DNA from: a virus
Lineage: Duplodnaviria > Caudoviricetes
Virus record (IMG/VR): IMGVR_UViG_3300027804_003258
Span: 1 to 46,640 of that record
Reading direction: 5' to 3' (one strand)
Length of the DNA stretch: 46,640 bases
The notes beneath the pieces were generated by a model. The model was not told the DNA's origin. It made no database searches and saw only the letters and a list, made by a program, of their open reading frames with translations. Each line of letters opens with the position of its first letter. Position 1 is the first letter of the stretch. Shown in pieces: positions 19,629 to 29,618 of the stretch. The position numbers were made by a program, and so were the translations under genes.

Positions 19629-20881
19629 AAAATGTAAAATATCTTATTTTAGGTGGAGGTATAAGCGGAATATCAACTGCCGTTTTTTTGGGTAAAGAAG
19701 AGGATTACCTAATATTAGAAAAAGAAGAAGAGCTCGGAGGATATTGTAGAACGGTTTTTCAAGACGGATTCACGTGGGATTTTAGTGGACATTTTTTTCA
19801 TTTCAAAAATGAAGAAATTAAAAATCTTATTTTCAAAAATATAGACCCAAATATTGTTTTACAAATAGACAAAAAAAGTTCAATAATTTACAAAGACAAA
19901 TTTATAAATTTCCCTTTTCAAAAAAACATTGGTGATTTGGACAAAGAAGAATTTATAGAATGTCTCTACGATTTTTATAATAAAAAAAATGAATCTGACC
20001 CGAAGAATTTTTTGGAATGGGTTTATCAAAATTTGGGAGAAGGAATTACAAACAAATTTGTAAAACCGTATAATGAAAAACTTTATGCTTGTGAACTATC
20101 TGATTTGGATATAAATGCAATGGGAAGGTTCTTTCCAAAAGTAAGTTTAGATGAAATTATAGATTCACTAAAAAATAAAAAAGATACTTCATATAATAAT
20201 AAGTTTTATTACCCCAAAACGGGCGCAATAACATATGTAAATTCACTTTTAGAAAATGTAGATAAAAACAAAATCTACAAAAATGAAAGCGTTATAAGGA
20301 TTGACAGGAGGTCTAAAGTTGTTGAAACTGATAAAGGTTTATACAATTATGAATATTTGATAACTTCTCTTCCTTTAGATAGATTTCTAACCCTTTCCGA
20401 GTCTAATTACGACCCTGAAATCTATAGTTCTAATAAAGTATTGGTTTTTAATTTAGGGTTTAATTTACCATCTAATAATCCATATCATTGGATTTATATA
20501 CCATCGAATGAAATTTGTTTTTATAGAGTGGGATTTTATAACAACATTCTCGGTGATGACAGATGTAGTATGTATGTGGAAATAGGACTCAAAACAAATG
20601 AGATTGTTGATAGGAAATTATACCTTGAACGAGTTCTAACTGACTTGAAAAAACTCAACTTGATTGATGAACATGAATTAATCTCATGGCATAGTATCAT
20701 AATGAATCCTGCTTACGTACATCTCACTTCAGAATCAATAAAGGATTCAGAAAAAAAATTACAAGGATTAGAAAACGAAAACATTTATTCCATAGGCAGG
20801 TATGGACAATGGACTTACTGTTCTATTGAAGACAATATTATATCCGCCAAATCAACTGTAGAAAAAATCAAAAATAAATGA
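19625..20881 (+). CDS. FAD-dependent oxidoreductase (UDP-galactopyranose mutase/HemY-like fold)
   Basis: ILGGGISG, LEKE..LGGYCRT, DFSGHFFH, IGRYGQWTY. Confidence 0.8.
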   Translation: MKNVKYLILGGGISGISTAVFLGKEEDYLILEKEEELGGYCRTVFQDGFTWDFSGHFFHFKNEEIKNLIFKNIDPNIVLQIDKKSSIIYKDKFINFPFQKNIGDLDKEEFIECLYDFYNKKNESDPKNFLEWVYQNLGEGITNKFVKPYNEKLYACELSDLDINAMGRFFPKVSLDEIIDSLKNKKDTSYNNKFYYPKTGAITYVNSLLENVDKNKIYKNESVIRIDRRSKVVETDKGLYNYEYLITSLPLDRFLTLSESNYDPEIYSSNKVLVFNLGFNLPSNNPYHWIYIPSNEICFYRVGFYNNILGDDRCSMYVEIGLKTNEIVDRKLYLERVLTDLKKLNLIDEHELISWHSIIMNPAYVHLTSESIKDSEKKLQGLENENIYSIGRYGQWTYCSIEDNIISAKSTVEKIKNK

Positions 20882-21651
20882 AAATAGCAATATGTTTACA
20901 CGGTAAATTCACTGGTTCCAACAATAGGGGAGAAGTCCAAGGATTTGAGGTTCCATTCGAGTTTTTGAAAAAAAATGTAATTACCGAAAATACAGATATT
21001 TTTCTTCACGGGTGGGATGACGATTCATTTGAATCAGAAAAATTAATCAATTTGGTAAAACCAAAAAATTACATTTTGGAAAAACAAATTGTTTTCGACC
21101 ATCCTTACAAACATTACAATTTTGTACCTGACGGGGGTTGGAACACAAAAGACTATCTTAATAACAATTATTCAAGATTTTACTCATTAAAAAAGGCAAT
21201 GGAGTTAATTGACGATTCTTATGACTTTGTAATGGTCATGAGATTCGATTGTATTTTTTATGAAAAATTTGATTTCACACTTTTGGACCCGCAGAAATTT
21301 TATCTTTCTCATTGGCATCATAACCACGAGGGTTGGGGATTTAATGATGCATGGTTTGTGTCGGGTTGGAAAAATATGAAAAATTTGAGTTTGATATACG
21401 ACAGACTTAATGATTGGTATAAATTAGATAGTGATTATTTGAAATTTATTAAATCTCACGGAATGTCGGAAGTTAATCTACAATCAGGACATATCCATTG
21501 GAGGTACAGGATTGAAGAAATGGGACTTAAAGATATGCTTTATGGTTATGGAATCGAGTATGAAACTTGGGGTTTATTAAGAAGATTGAACCAACGAGGA
21601 AATCCATGGGGAAGACCTGTAAGTGACATAAACATACCGTCAAAAATTTAA
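20878..21651 (+). CDS. putative glycosyltransferase-like protein
   Basis: MKIAICLHG, DIFLHGW, YDFVMVMRFD, FNDAWF: pattern typical of glycan-locus hypothetical proteins. Confidence 0.55.
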   Translation: MKIAICLHGKFTGSNNRGEVQGFEVPFEFLKKNVITENTDIFLHGWDDDSFESEKLINLVKPKNYILEKQIVFDHPYKHYNFVPDGGWNTKDYLNNNYSRFYSLKKAMELIDDSYDFVMVMRFDCIFYEKFDFTLLDPQKFYLSHWHHNHEGWGFNDAWFVSGWKNMKNLSLIYDRLNDWYKLDSDYLKFIKSHGMSEVNLQSGHIHWRYRIEEMGLKDMLYGYGIEYETWGLLRRLNQRGNPWGRPVSDINIPSKI

Positions 21652-21653
21652 TT

Positions 21654-22079
21654 ATGATTTTGATTTCACATAGAGGTAATTTGAATGGAAAAAAAGAAGA
21701 AAGAGAAAACTCAATATCCTATATAATGGAAGCATTGTCTATGGGATTTGATGTTGAAATTGATGTTTGGTTTGTTGATGGTGAATTTTGGTTAGGCCAC
21801 GATTCTCCACAATATAAAACGGATTATAAATTTTTGATGAACGAAAAATTTTGGTGTCACGCAAAAAATATTGAAGCTTTGGTGGAAATGAAAAAATACG
21901 CCATTCATTATTTTTGGCACGAAAATGATGAGTTTACACTTACCTCGAAAAATTATATTTGGGCTTACCCCACAAAAGAAAATAAACCAGGTACAATATC
22001 TGTATTACCTGAAATTAACAATCAGAATGTTGATGGGTGTAAAGGAGTTTGTTCCGATTTCATCAAAAACTACAAATGA
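21654..22079 (+). CDS. minimal glycerophosphodiester phosphodiesterase/PLC-like protein
   Basis: ISHRGN, EN, DVEIDVW, LGHD, HAKN, GVCSD. Confidence 0.75.
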   Translation: MILISHRGNLNGKKEERENSISYIMEALSMGFDVEIDVWFVDGEFWLGHDSPQYKTDYKFLMNEKFWCHAKNIEALVEMKKYAIHYFWHENDEFTLTSKNYIWAYPTKENKPGTISVLPEINNQNVDGCKGVCSDFIKNYK

Positions 22080-23431
22080 TTAAATTAATAATATTTGATT
22101 TGGATGGAGTCCTTGTTGAAGCCAAACAAATTCATTTCGAGACTCTTAATCAAGCGCTTTCGGAAGTCTCAATCGATTACATAATATCCGAGTCTGAACA
22201 TCATTCAATTTATGATGGTTTAAAAACAAATCAGAAATTAGAAATGTTGTCAAGAAAAAAAGGATTACCAACATCTGAACACGAAAGAATTTGGAGAAAA
22301 AAACAAGAATTAACAATAGAAGCAATTTCTAAATTAGAGAAAGATGAAAGACTTATTGACCTAATGAAAAGTTTAAGAAAAAAAGGTTTTCAGTTGGCAT
22401 GTTGTTCGAATTCAATTCGTAGGTCGGTTTTAGTTATGTTATCGAAAATTGGTTTGATTGAATTTATGGATTTGATTTTATCTAATGAAGATGTAAAAAA
22501 TAGTAAACCTCACCCTGAAATATATTGGAAAGCAATGAGTTCAATTGGTGTTCTACCTGATGAAACTTTAATAGTTGAAGACTCACCTGTTGGGTTACTT
22601 GCGGGTGAAAGGAGTCACGCCGAAGTTTTGAGAGTTTCTAATACATCAGACTTAACACTCAATAAAATTGAAAATAAACTTAAAGAAAATAAAAATATGA
22701 AAAAACCAAAATGGTCCGACAAAAACCTCAACGTATTAATACCAATGGCAGGGGCAGGTTCAAGATTCGAGAAAGCTGGTTACACATTTCCAAAACCTCT
22801 TATAGACGTGAAAGGTGAGCCAATGATTAAAGTAGTGACTGACAATCTTAATATAGAAGCGAATTTCATCTACATTGTTCAAAAGACCCACAGAGAAAAA
22901 TATAACCTTGATACCTTGCTCAATCTTATTTCACCGAATTGCAAAATCGTTGAGGTAGATGGTTTGACAGAGGGTGCGGCCTGTACAACATTACTAGCAA
23001 AGGAAATTATAAATAATGACCAACCTTTGGTTATGGCAAACTCCGACCAATTCATTGATTGGGATTCTAATGAGTTTCTCTACAAAATGAATGAGACAGG
23101 GGCTGACGGAGGAATTGTAACTTTTAGGTCAACCCACCCTAAATGGTCATTCGCGAAAATTGATGATTTAGGTTTTGTCACTGAAGTTGCCGAAAAAAAT
23201 CCAATTTCGGATATAGCGACGGTTGGTGTTTATTATTGGAAACGTGGTTCTGACTATGTGAAGTACGCAGAGCAAATGATAGAAAAAAATAAAAGAGTCA
23301 ACAACGAATTTTACGTTTGTCCTGTTTTTAACGAAGCAATTGAAGGTGGTAGTAAGATAAGAATATTCGAGATAGAAAAAATGTGGGGACTTGGTACACC
23401 TGAAGACTTGGAAGTTTTCCTCAAACAATAA
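22076..23431 (+). CDS. HAD phosphatase fused to sugar-phosphate nucleotidyltransferase
   Basis: N: FDLDGVL, CSNS, KPHP, VEDS; C: IPMAGAGSRF..PKPLI, GLGTPEDL. Start moved to the ATG at 22076 (ATGA overlap). Confidence 0.9.
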   Translation: MIKLIIFDLDGVLVEAKQIHFETLNQALSEVSIDYIISESEHHSIYDGLKTNQKLEMLSRKKGLPTSEHERIWRKKQELTIEAISKLEKDERLIDLMKSLRKKGFQLACCSNSIRRSVLVMLSKIGLIEFMDLILSNEDVKNSKPHPEIYWKAMSSIGVLPDETLIVEDSPVGLLAGERSHAEVLRVSNTSDLTLNKIENKLKENKNMKKPKWSDKNLNVLIPMAGAGSRFEKAGYTFPKPLIDVKGEPMIKVVTDNLNIEANFIYIVQKTHREKYNLDTLLNLISPNCKIVEVDGLTEGAACTTLLAKEIINNDQPLVMANSDQFIDWDSNEFLYKMNETGADGGIVTFRSTHPKWSFAKIDDLGFVTEVAEKNPISDIATVGVYYWKRGSDYVKYAEQMIEKNKRVNNEFYVCPVFNEAIEGGSKIRIFEIEKMWGLGTPEDLEVFLKQ

Positions 23432-23477
23432 TTTATTTTCCCATATAACTAATCTATAATTTACAAAATACCCATTT

Positions 23478-24584
23478 ATGAGTTTTAAAATCCCACAATT
23501 TCAACCCTATTTAGACAACAAAGAATACGAAGCAATTAAGTCTTGTTTTGATAAAAATTGGATTACTGAAGGACCACTTTCCAAACTTTTCGTAGAAAAG
23601 CTTTTGAGTATGATTGGTGCAAAGTATGGTGTTTTAGCACCTAACGGAACCCTTTCACTTTATTTAGCTTTGAGAGCTGCGGGTATCGGTCCTGGTGACG
23701 AAGTTATCGTACCTAATTTTACTTTTATAGCATCCGCCAATTCCATAGAGATGGTAGGAGCAAAACCTATTTTCTGTGATGTCAAAGATGACTTGCATCT
23801 CGATATTGAAAAATGTGAGAAGTTAGTAACAAGAAAAACAAAAGCAATCATGCCTGTCCACATTTATGGTATGGCATGTAACATGGATGAGGTAATGGAA
23901 TTAGCCACCAGAAAAAAACTAAAAGTGATAGAAGATGCAGCACAAGCAATTGGTATCACTTGGAACGGAAAGCATACCGGAACATTTGGAGATGTGAGTA
24001 GTTTTTCATTCTTTGCCGATAAAACTTTGACAACGGGAGAAGGTGGTTTAGTTGTTACTGATAATGAAGAAATCTATAAAAAACTTTTATACTTAAGAAA
24101 TCAAGGAAGAATAGATAGAGGAAGTTTCATACATCCTGAAATGGGGTATAATTTCAGAATGACGGATTTACAATGTGCTGTTGGTCTTGCACAATTAGAA
24201 AAATTTGATGAGATTGTTAAGAAAAAAGAAAAAATACTTCAAACTTATAAAAAATATCTAGACCCTTCAATTAGAGTTATTGAACCACCTGTACAATCAA
24301 ATCATATTCCTTTCAGAGTTTGTATTACAGTACCTGGTGGGTCAGACAAACTTATGGAATTTATGAGAGAAAGTGGGATTGAAACACGAACGTTTTTTTA
24401 TCCACTTCATTTACAACCATGTTACAAAGAAAAGAAATCAATTTTTTCATTCTTAAAGAAAAAGCCAACTTTGGAAGTTTCTGAAAGATTGTACAATGAA
24501 GGTGTTTGTCTTCCAAGCTTTGTAAGTATCCAAACTAAAGACATCAAATATATCTGTGAAAAAATTAACAAATTTCTAAAATGA
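23478..24584 (+). CDS. DegT/DnrJ/EryC1/StrS PLP-dependent sugar aminotransferase (perosamine synthase-like)
   Basis: NGTLSL, GPGDEVIVP.FTFIAS, PVHIYG, EDAAQA, FSFFADKTLTTGEGG, GYNFRM. Confidence 0.95.
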   Translation: MSFKIPQFQPYLDNKEYEAIKSCFDKNWITEGPLSKLFVEKLLSMIGAKYGVLAPNGTLSLYLALRAAGIGPGDEVIVPNFTFIASANSIEMVGAKPIFCDVKDDLHLDIEKCEKLVTRKTKAIMPVHIYGMACNMDEVMELATRKKLKVIEDAAQAIGITWNGKHTGTFGDVSSFSFFADKTLTTGEGGLVVTDNEEIYKKLLYLRNQGRIDRGSFIHPEMGYNFRMTDLQCAVGLAQLEKFDEIVKKKEKILQTYKKYLDPSIRVIEPPVQSNHIPFRVCITVPGGSDKLMEFMRESGIETRTFFYPLHLQPCYKEKKSIFSFLKKKPTLEVSERLYNEGVCLPSFVSIQTKDIKYICEKINKFLK

Positions 24585-25321
24585 AAAAATGTTTATTATG
24601 TGGAAGCGTAAATAATGAAACGATTTATTATTTCGAGAAGTTTGATAACAAAATTGTGAAATGTGAATGTGGATTTATTTATTCGTCCTTGGAAACAAGA
24701 GAAAATGTTCTCGAGGCATATGAAAATGATTATTGGACAAGTTACCAACTCAATCAAGGTGAAAAAAGTATTTTTGACAGAATTGAAGAATTTGAATTTA
24801 TTAGTCGTGAAAGATTAGATTTTATTAAAGAATTCAAATCCGAAGGAAGATTATTGGATGTAGGTTGTTCAATGGGATTTCTTGTAAATGAAGCAAATAA
24901 AAAGGGGTATGATTCTGTTGGGATAGAAGTTAATAGTCCATGTATTGTAGAAGGAAAAAAACTTTATGAAGGTATAAAACTATACCTAACAGATTTAGAA
25001 AATTACAAAGACGAAAAGTTTGATGTAATTACCTCATTCAATGTAATAGAACATTTAGATAATCCAATCAATTTTTTACACGAATGTAAAAAAAGACTTT
25101 CAGATGATGGTATCATTGTAATTGGTACTCACGATATCGAATCCGAAACTCATAAAAAATTAAAATCTGATTGGAAACAAATCACCGTTGATGGCGACCA
25201 CCTATATTATTTTTCAATTGATACAATGAAAAGATTGGCAGACATGTGTGGTCTTGAAACAGTTCATAGTCATAAACCTATCGACCCAAGTTTTACAATT
25301 TATTTAAAAAACAAAATATGA
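24581..25321 (+). CDS. class I SAM-dependent methyltransferase with N-terminal Zn-finger
   Basis: CLLC...CECG, LLDVGCSMG, FDVITSFNVIEH. Confidence 0.9.
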   Translation: MKKCLLCGSVNNETIYYFEKFDNKIVKCECGFIYSSLETRENVLEAYENDYWTSYQLNQGEKSIFDRIEEFEFISRERLDFIKEFKSEGRLLDVGCSMGFLVNEANKKGYDSVGIEVNSPCIVEGKKLYEGIKLYLTDLENYKDEKFDVITSFNVIEHLDNPINFLHECKKRLSDDGIIVIGTHDIESETHKKLKSDWKQITVDGDHLYYFSIDTMKRLADMCGLETVHSHKPIDPSFTIYLKNKI

Positions 25322-25848
25322 AATACACTTACAGTAAAGTTTTCGGAAAAGATGTTGCCATAATTGAACCTCCCATACATAGAGATTTCAGAGGTGAGTA
25401 TACCGAAACATGGAATGTAGAAAATTACAAGGTTCTTTCCCCTGACGGTAAAGGAATTGATTGGAAACAAGATGATATAAGTGTTTCTTGGAAACACACC
25501 TTGAGAGGCTTTCATGGTGATGAAAGAACTTGGAAACTTATTTCTTGTCTTCATGGTCATTTATATCAGATAATCGTGGATATGAGACCTGATAGCCCAA
25601 CATATTTGAAATGGGAAGCTTTCACACTTAACGATAAAAATAGATTGCAAATATTGATACCTCCTATGTTTGGAAATGCTCACTTGGTTATGTCCGATAT
25701 AGCCATGTTCCATTACAAACAATCAACGCTTTACGAAGGACAAGGGAAACAATTCACAATAAGATGGGATGACCCAAAGATTAATGCTTTTTGGCCGATA
25801 AACAATCCGATACTTTCGGAAAGAGATGTAAATGCAGATTTTCTATGA
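25318..25848 (+). CDS. rmlC: dTDP-4-dehydrorhamnose 3,5-epimerase family
   Basis: DFRG, LRGFH, VDMRPDSPTYLKW, IPPMFGNAH, IRWDDP, ILSERD. Confidence 0.9.
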   Translation: MKYTYSKVFGKDVAIIEPPIHRDFRGEYTETWNVENYKVLSPDGKGIDWKQDDISVSWKHTLRGFHGDERTWKLISCLHGHLYQIIVDMRPDSPTYLKWEAFTLNDKNRLQILIPPMFGNAHLVMSDIAMFHYKQSTLYEGQGKQFTIRWDDPKINAFWPINNPILSERDVNADFL

Positions 25849-26777
25849 AAAAAATTTTAGTCACAGGTGGCGCTGGATATATTGGTAGTGTCCTTGTACC
25901 ACTATTACTTGAAAAAGGTTATGATGTTACAGTTTTTGACAGTTTGATGTTTGGTGGTAACAGTTTGTTTCCATGTTTTATGAACAAAAATTTCAAATTT
26001 ATTGATGGGGACGTTAGGGACACACATAGTTTAAAAAGACATTTGATTGACAAAGATGTGATTATTCATTTAGCTGCGATTGTTGGTTACCCTGCATGTC
26101 AAAAAAATCCTGAACTTACAAAAGAGGTTAATTTGGAAGCAACCGTAAGACTTGTGGATTTAATCAAACCTCACCAATACGTTTTGTTTGGTTCAACGGG
26201 AAGTAATTACGGTGCAGTGAAATCAGGTGTTTGTACAGAAGAAACTCCATTAAATCCTTTGAGTTTATATGGAGAGACAAAAACAGAAGCGGAAAGATAC
26301 ATGATTGACAATTGTAACTCAACCGCTTACAGATTCGCAACTGCTTTTGGATTATCGCCGAGATTGCGTCTTGATTTATTAATCAATGACTTTGTAAACA
26401 AAGCTGTTAATCAAAAATATATTGTTGTATATGAATCACATTTTATGAGAACGTTCATACACGTTAAAGACATTGCTCGCTCTTTTGTTTTTGCAATAGA
26501 AAATGAAAAGTCAATGTCAGGTGAGGTATATAACGTAGGTAGTAACAAAATGAATTATAGTAAAAGAGACGTTTGTGATTTAATAAGAAATAAAATAGAT
26601 TATTACCTACATTTAGCAGATATCGGGCAAGATGCCGATAAAAGGGACTATGTAGTATCATATGACAAAATTAATAAATTGGGATATGAAACAACCATTT
26701 CTATTGAAGAAGGAATCAATGAGTTGGTTGAAGGTATAAAGTGTATAAGAATGCCCAACCCATATTCAAATGTTTAA
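25845..26777 (+). CDS. NAD-dependent sugar epimerase/dehydratase (extended SDR)
   Basis: VTGGAGYIGS, HLAA, YGETK (YxxxK), FIHVKD; start moved to the ATG at 25845 (ATGA overlap). Confidence 0.9.
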   Translation: MKKILVTGGAGYIGSVLVPLLLEKGYDVTVFDSLMFGGNSLFPCFMNKNFKFIDGDVRDTHSLKRHLIDKDVIIHLAAIVGYPACQKNPELTKEVNLEATVRLVDLIKPHQYVLFGSTGSNYGAVKSGVCTEETPLNPLSLYGETKTEAERYMIDNCNSTAYRFATAFGLSPRLRLDLLINDFVNKAVNQKYIVVYESHFMRTFIHVKDIARSFVFAIENEKSMSGEVYNVGSNKMNYSKRDVCDLIRNKIDYYLHLADIGQDADKRDYVVSYDKINKLGYETTISIEEGINELVEGIKCIRMPNPYSNV

Positions 26778-26779
26778 TT

Positions 26780-27529
26780 ATGTACACAGAAAAATTTGCT
26801 TCGTATTACGACACTTTACATTCTAGTAAAAACTATAATGAGGAGTGTGACCTAATATTATCAAGGACTTCTAATTTTCAAAGACTATTGGACATTGGGT
26901 GTGGTACCTTGACACACAGCATAGTGCTTTCGAAAAAATTTGAAAAAGTTTTGGGGGTTGATTTATCAGAACCTATGTTAAAGATTGGGGAGAATAAATT
27001 GAAATACTTCAACATCAAAAATGTTGACACGTATTGTGGTCCACTGGAAAACATAAGTTTGCAAAATCGATTCAATACAATTATCTCGATGTTTTATGTT
27101 GTAAATCACATTAATTCTTTGGGTGAATTGAATTCATTTTTTTCTAAAGTTTTCGAACTTCTGAACGAAAATGGTGTGTTCATTTTCGATTGTTGGAATG
27201 GTACTGCTTGTAGAATAGATAAACCAAAAATTGAAAACACCAAAACGATTACACACGATTTTCATACAATAATTTCAAAAACAATTACAGAAACAAATTT
27301 GATTGACTCAATTTCTGTAATGGACACTAATATTAAAGTTTACTTTGAATCGGAATTGGTCGATGAGTTTGATTACCGAATCGAACAAAAGTTGTGGACT
27401 CCTGATGTTTTTATTGATATACTTAAATCAATTGGATTCAAAGATATCAAATTAATACCTTACTATAATCAAAACGAAATTGCAAAGGAAACAGATTATA
27501 AATTAACATTCATTTGTAAAAAAAATTAA
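26780..27529 (+). CDS. class I SAM-dependent methyltransferase
   Basis: FASYYD, LLDIGCGT, GVDLSEPML, NGVFIFD; start moved to the ATG at 26780. Confidence 0.9.
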   Translation: MYTEKFASYYDTLHSSKNYNEECDLILSRTSNFQRLLDIGCGTLTHSIVLSKKFEKVLGVDLSEPMLKIGENKLKYFNIKNVDTYCGPLENISLQNRFNTIISMFYVVNHINSLGELNSFFSKVFELLNENGVFIFDCWNGTACRIDKPKIENTKTITHDFHTIISKTITETNLIDSISVMDTNIKVYFESELVDEFDYRIEQKLWTPDVFIDILKSIGFKDIKLIPYYNQNEIAKETDYKLTFICKKN

Positions 27530-27530
27530 T

Positions 27531-28034
27531 ATGATTCAAACCCCTGTAAGTGTAGGAGAATTGATAGATAAATTATCAATCCTACAAGTAAAAAGAAATA
27601 AAATCGATGACGAAAAAAAGTTATCGTACATAAATAATGAATTCGAATTACTATACAATTTATCCGCAGAATTTTTGAATAACATGGAAATCGAAAACCT
27701 TTATCACGAGTTGGTTGAGGTAAATTCTTCTCTATGGGATGTAGAGGACAAATTACGTGAATATGAAAAAATGAATTATTTCGAGGAACATTTTATTTCA
27801 TTGGCTAGAAAAGTTTATTTCACCAATGATAAAAGATTCGAATTGAAAAATAAAATAAACGAAATTTCACAATCGGAGTTAAGAGAACAAAAGAGTTATC
27901 AAGACTATAAAACAAAAACGGAAGAGGAAACTAACGAACCTTATATTTTTGAAAGTCCAGATGGTGGAATTACAATCTACAGAAGAAAGTTAGGTGAACC
28001 TCATGATAAACGTGAACTTCTAAAAAATGGCTAA
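27531..28034 (+). CDS. DUF6165-like protein with C-terminal extension
   Basis: PVSVGELIDKLSIL, LWDVED, LARKVYFTNDKR, EQKSY. Confidence 0.75.
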   Translation: MIQTPVSVGELIDKLSILQVKRNKIDDEKKLSYINNEFELLYNLSAEFLNNMEIENLYHELVEVNSSLWDVEDKLREYEKMNYFEEHFISLARKVYFTNDKRFELKNKINEISQSELREQKSYQDYKTKTEEETNEPYIFESPDGGITIYRRKLGEPHDKRELLKNG

Positions 28035-28758
28035 AACAAAAAAATCCCCATTACCAACACCAACATCAAATGGTGAGGTAATCAAAACAAAAAAACAATT
28101 AATAAACACAATACTCAAAAGAAAAACCAAAGAAAAATTTTTATCTGAAAGTCAAAAATTTTATTACGAAAGTCTCACGAAAAATCAAATAACAATTTGT
28201 TGTGGTCCAGCAGGTGTTGGTAAAAGTTATGTTGCAATGAAATGTGCAATTGACCTTTTAGCGGACCCTGAAAGCCCATTTGAGAAAATAATAATTGTAA
28301 GACCGGCAGTTGAGGCTGAAGAGAAATTGGGTTCACTTCCAGGTAATGTGGAAGAAAAATTGGACCCATATATTTTTCCGTCCTATTATCTATTGAACAA
28401 AATAGTTGGAAAAGAAGTTAGAGAAAAACTAAAAGAGATTGAGGCTATTGAAGTTTTCGCTCTTGCATATATGAGAGGTATGAACATCGATAATTCAATT
28501 TTAATTTTTGAGGAAGCTCAAAACGCAACTCCTAATCAAATGAAACTATTGTTAACTAGAATTGGATTCAACTCTAAATTTTTTATTTCAGGCGATTTGG
28601 AACAATTTGATAGACACAAGGATAAAACACAAACAGGTTTGTGGGATGCTCTTAATAGATTCAAGAATTTACAAGATGTAGGTACATTTGAATTCAAACC
28701 GACTGATATCGTTAGAAATCCTCTTATAAGTAAACTTTTAGAAAGATACGAAGAATGA
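28027..28758 (+). CDS. phoH: PhoH family ATPase
   Basis: GPAGVGKS, RPAVE, LGSLPG, YMRG, EEAQN, LTRIG, DIVRNPL. Confidence 0.95.
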   Translation: MAKTKKSPLPTPTSNGEVIKTKKQLINTILKRKTKEKFLSESQKFYYESLTKNQITICCGPAGVGKSYVAMKCAIDLLADPESPFEKIIIVRPAVEAEEKLGSLPGNVEEKLDPYIFPSYYLLNKIVGKEVREKLKEIEAIEVFALAYMRGMNIDNSILIFEEAQNATPNQMKLLLTRIGFNSKFFISGDLEQFDRHKDKTQTGLWDALNRFKNLQDVGTFEFKPTDIVRNPLISKLLERYEE

Positions 28759-29345
28759 GAATAGGTATAGAGTTGAATGGGGTTTTAAGGGACACCTTAA
28801 AAAAAATACAACAAGAATATGAGAAGTGGTATATCGACAATCCTTTCAAGGAAGAGACGGATTTCGAATACAAGGTTCTATCTACTTTGGATACTTTAGA
28901 AATCACCAAACATTTGGTTTTCAAAGACGAGGATGAACTTTATAATTTTTTGTATAAGGAACATACTATGGAAATATTTGGACACTCTGGTTCTGTTGAA
29001 ATCTCTTCCATGATGGATTTCAATGAGTTCTACACTGAATTTAGAGACGAACATGAAATATTAATTGTTTCTGACGAAATCGGTAAATCAAAACCGGCTT
29101 CTTTATTTTTTATTTCCAAATTTGGATGCTTGGTAGAACAGGTAAAATTTTACAGTGAGGTAACTATTAATTCACTTTGGAACTCGGTTGATATTTTACT
29201 TACAGCAAATCCTAACCTATTATTAAGTTACCCCGAAGATGTAGTTGTTATAAAATTTGAAACAACATATAACAAAGACATCAAAACTAAACATTCAATT
29301 TCTTCGTTTAAGGAATTGAAAAATAAAATTAAAGAAATATTATGA
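28755..29345 (+). CDS. HAD/5'-nucleotidase-like protein with degenerate catalytic motif
   Basis: MRIGIELNGVLRD aligns with HAD motif I (IxIDxDGVL). Confidence 0.55.
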   Translation: MRIGIELNGVLRDTLKKIQQEYEKWYIDNPFKEETDFEYKVLSTLDTLEITKHLVFKDEDELYNFLYKEHTMEIFGHSGSVEISSMMDFNEFYTEFRDEHEILIVSDEIGKSKPASLFFISKFGCLVEQVKFYSEVTINSLWNSVDILLTANPNLLLSYPEDVVVIKFETTYNKDIKTKHSISSFKELKNKIKEIL

Positions 29346-29617
29346 TTAATGTTTTAGGAGAAAATTATTTTGTTGATTTAGATGAAATTGAAAAATTTTT
29401 GGATATGGACGATTTAGAAACTTCAACTTCGGGAACAACAGAAATGAGAATCAATATCATAAAATTTGAACTTGTTAAAATGTTACTTGAGACTATTCTG
29501 ACCGAACAGGAATCTGTAGATGAACAACTTGGTATGAAAAAAAATACCAACGTATCTGTTCCTTTTAGATTAGCTTTTAATACTTTATTAAATAAAAAAC
29601 TTATCAATCACTATTAA
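29342..29617 (+). CDS. hypothetical protein
   Basis: 91-aa coupled ORF. Confidence 0.75.
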   Translation: MINVLGENYFVDLDEIEKFLDMDDLETSTSGTTEMRINIIKFELVKMLLETILTEQESVDEQLGMKKNTNVSVPFRLAFNTLLNKKLINHY

Positions 29618-29618
29618 T

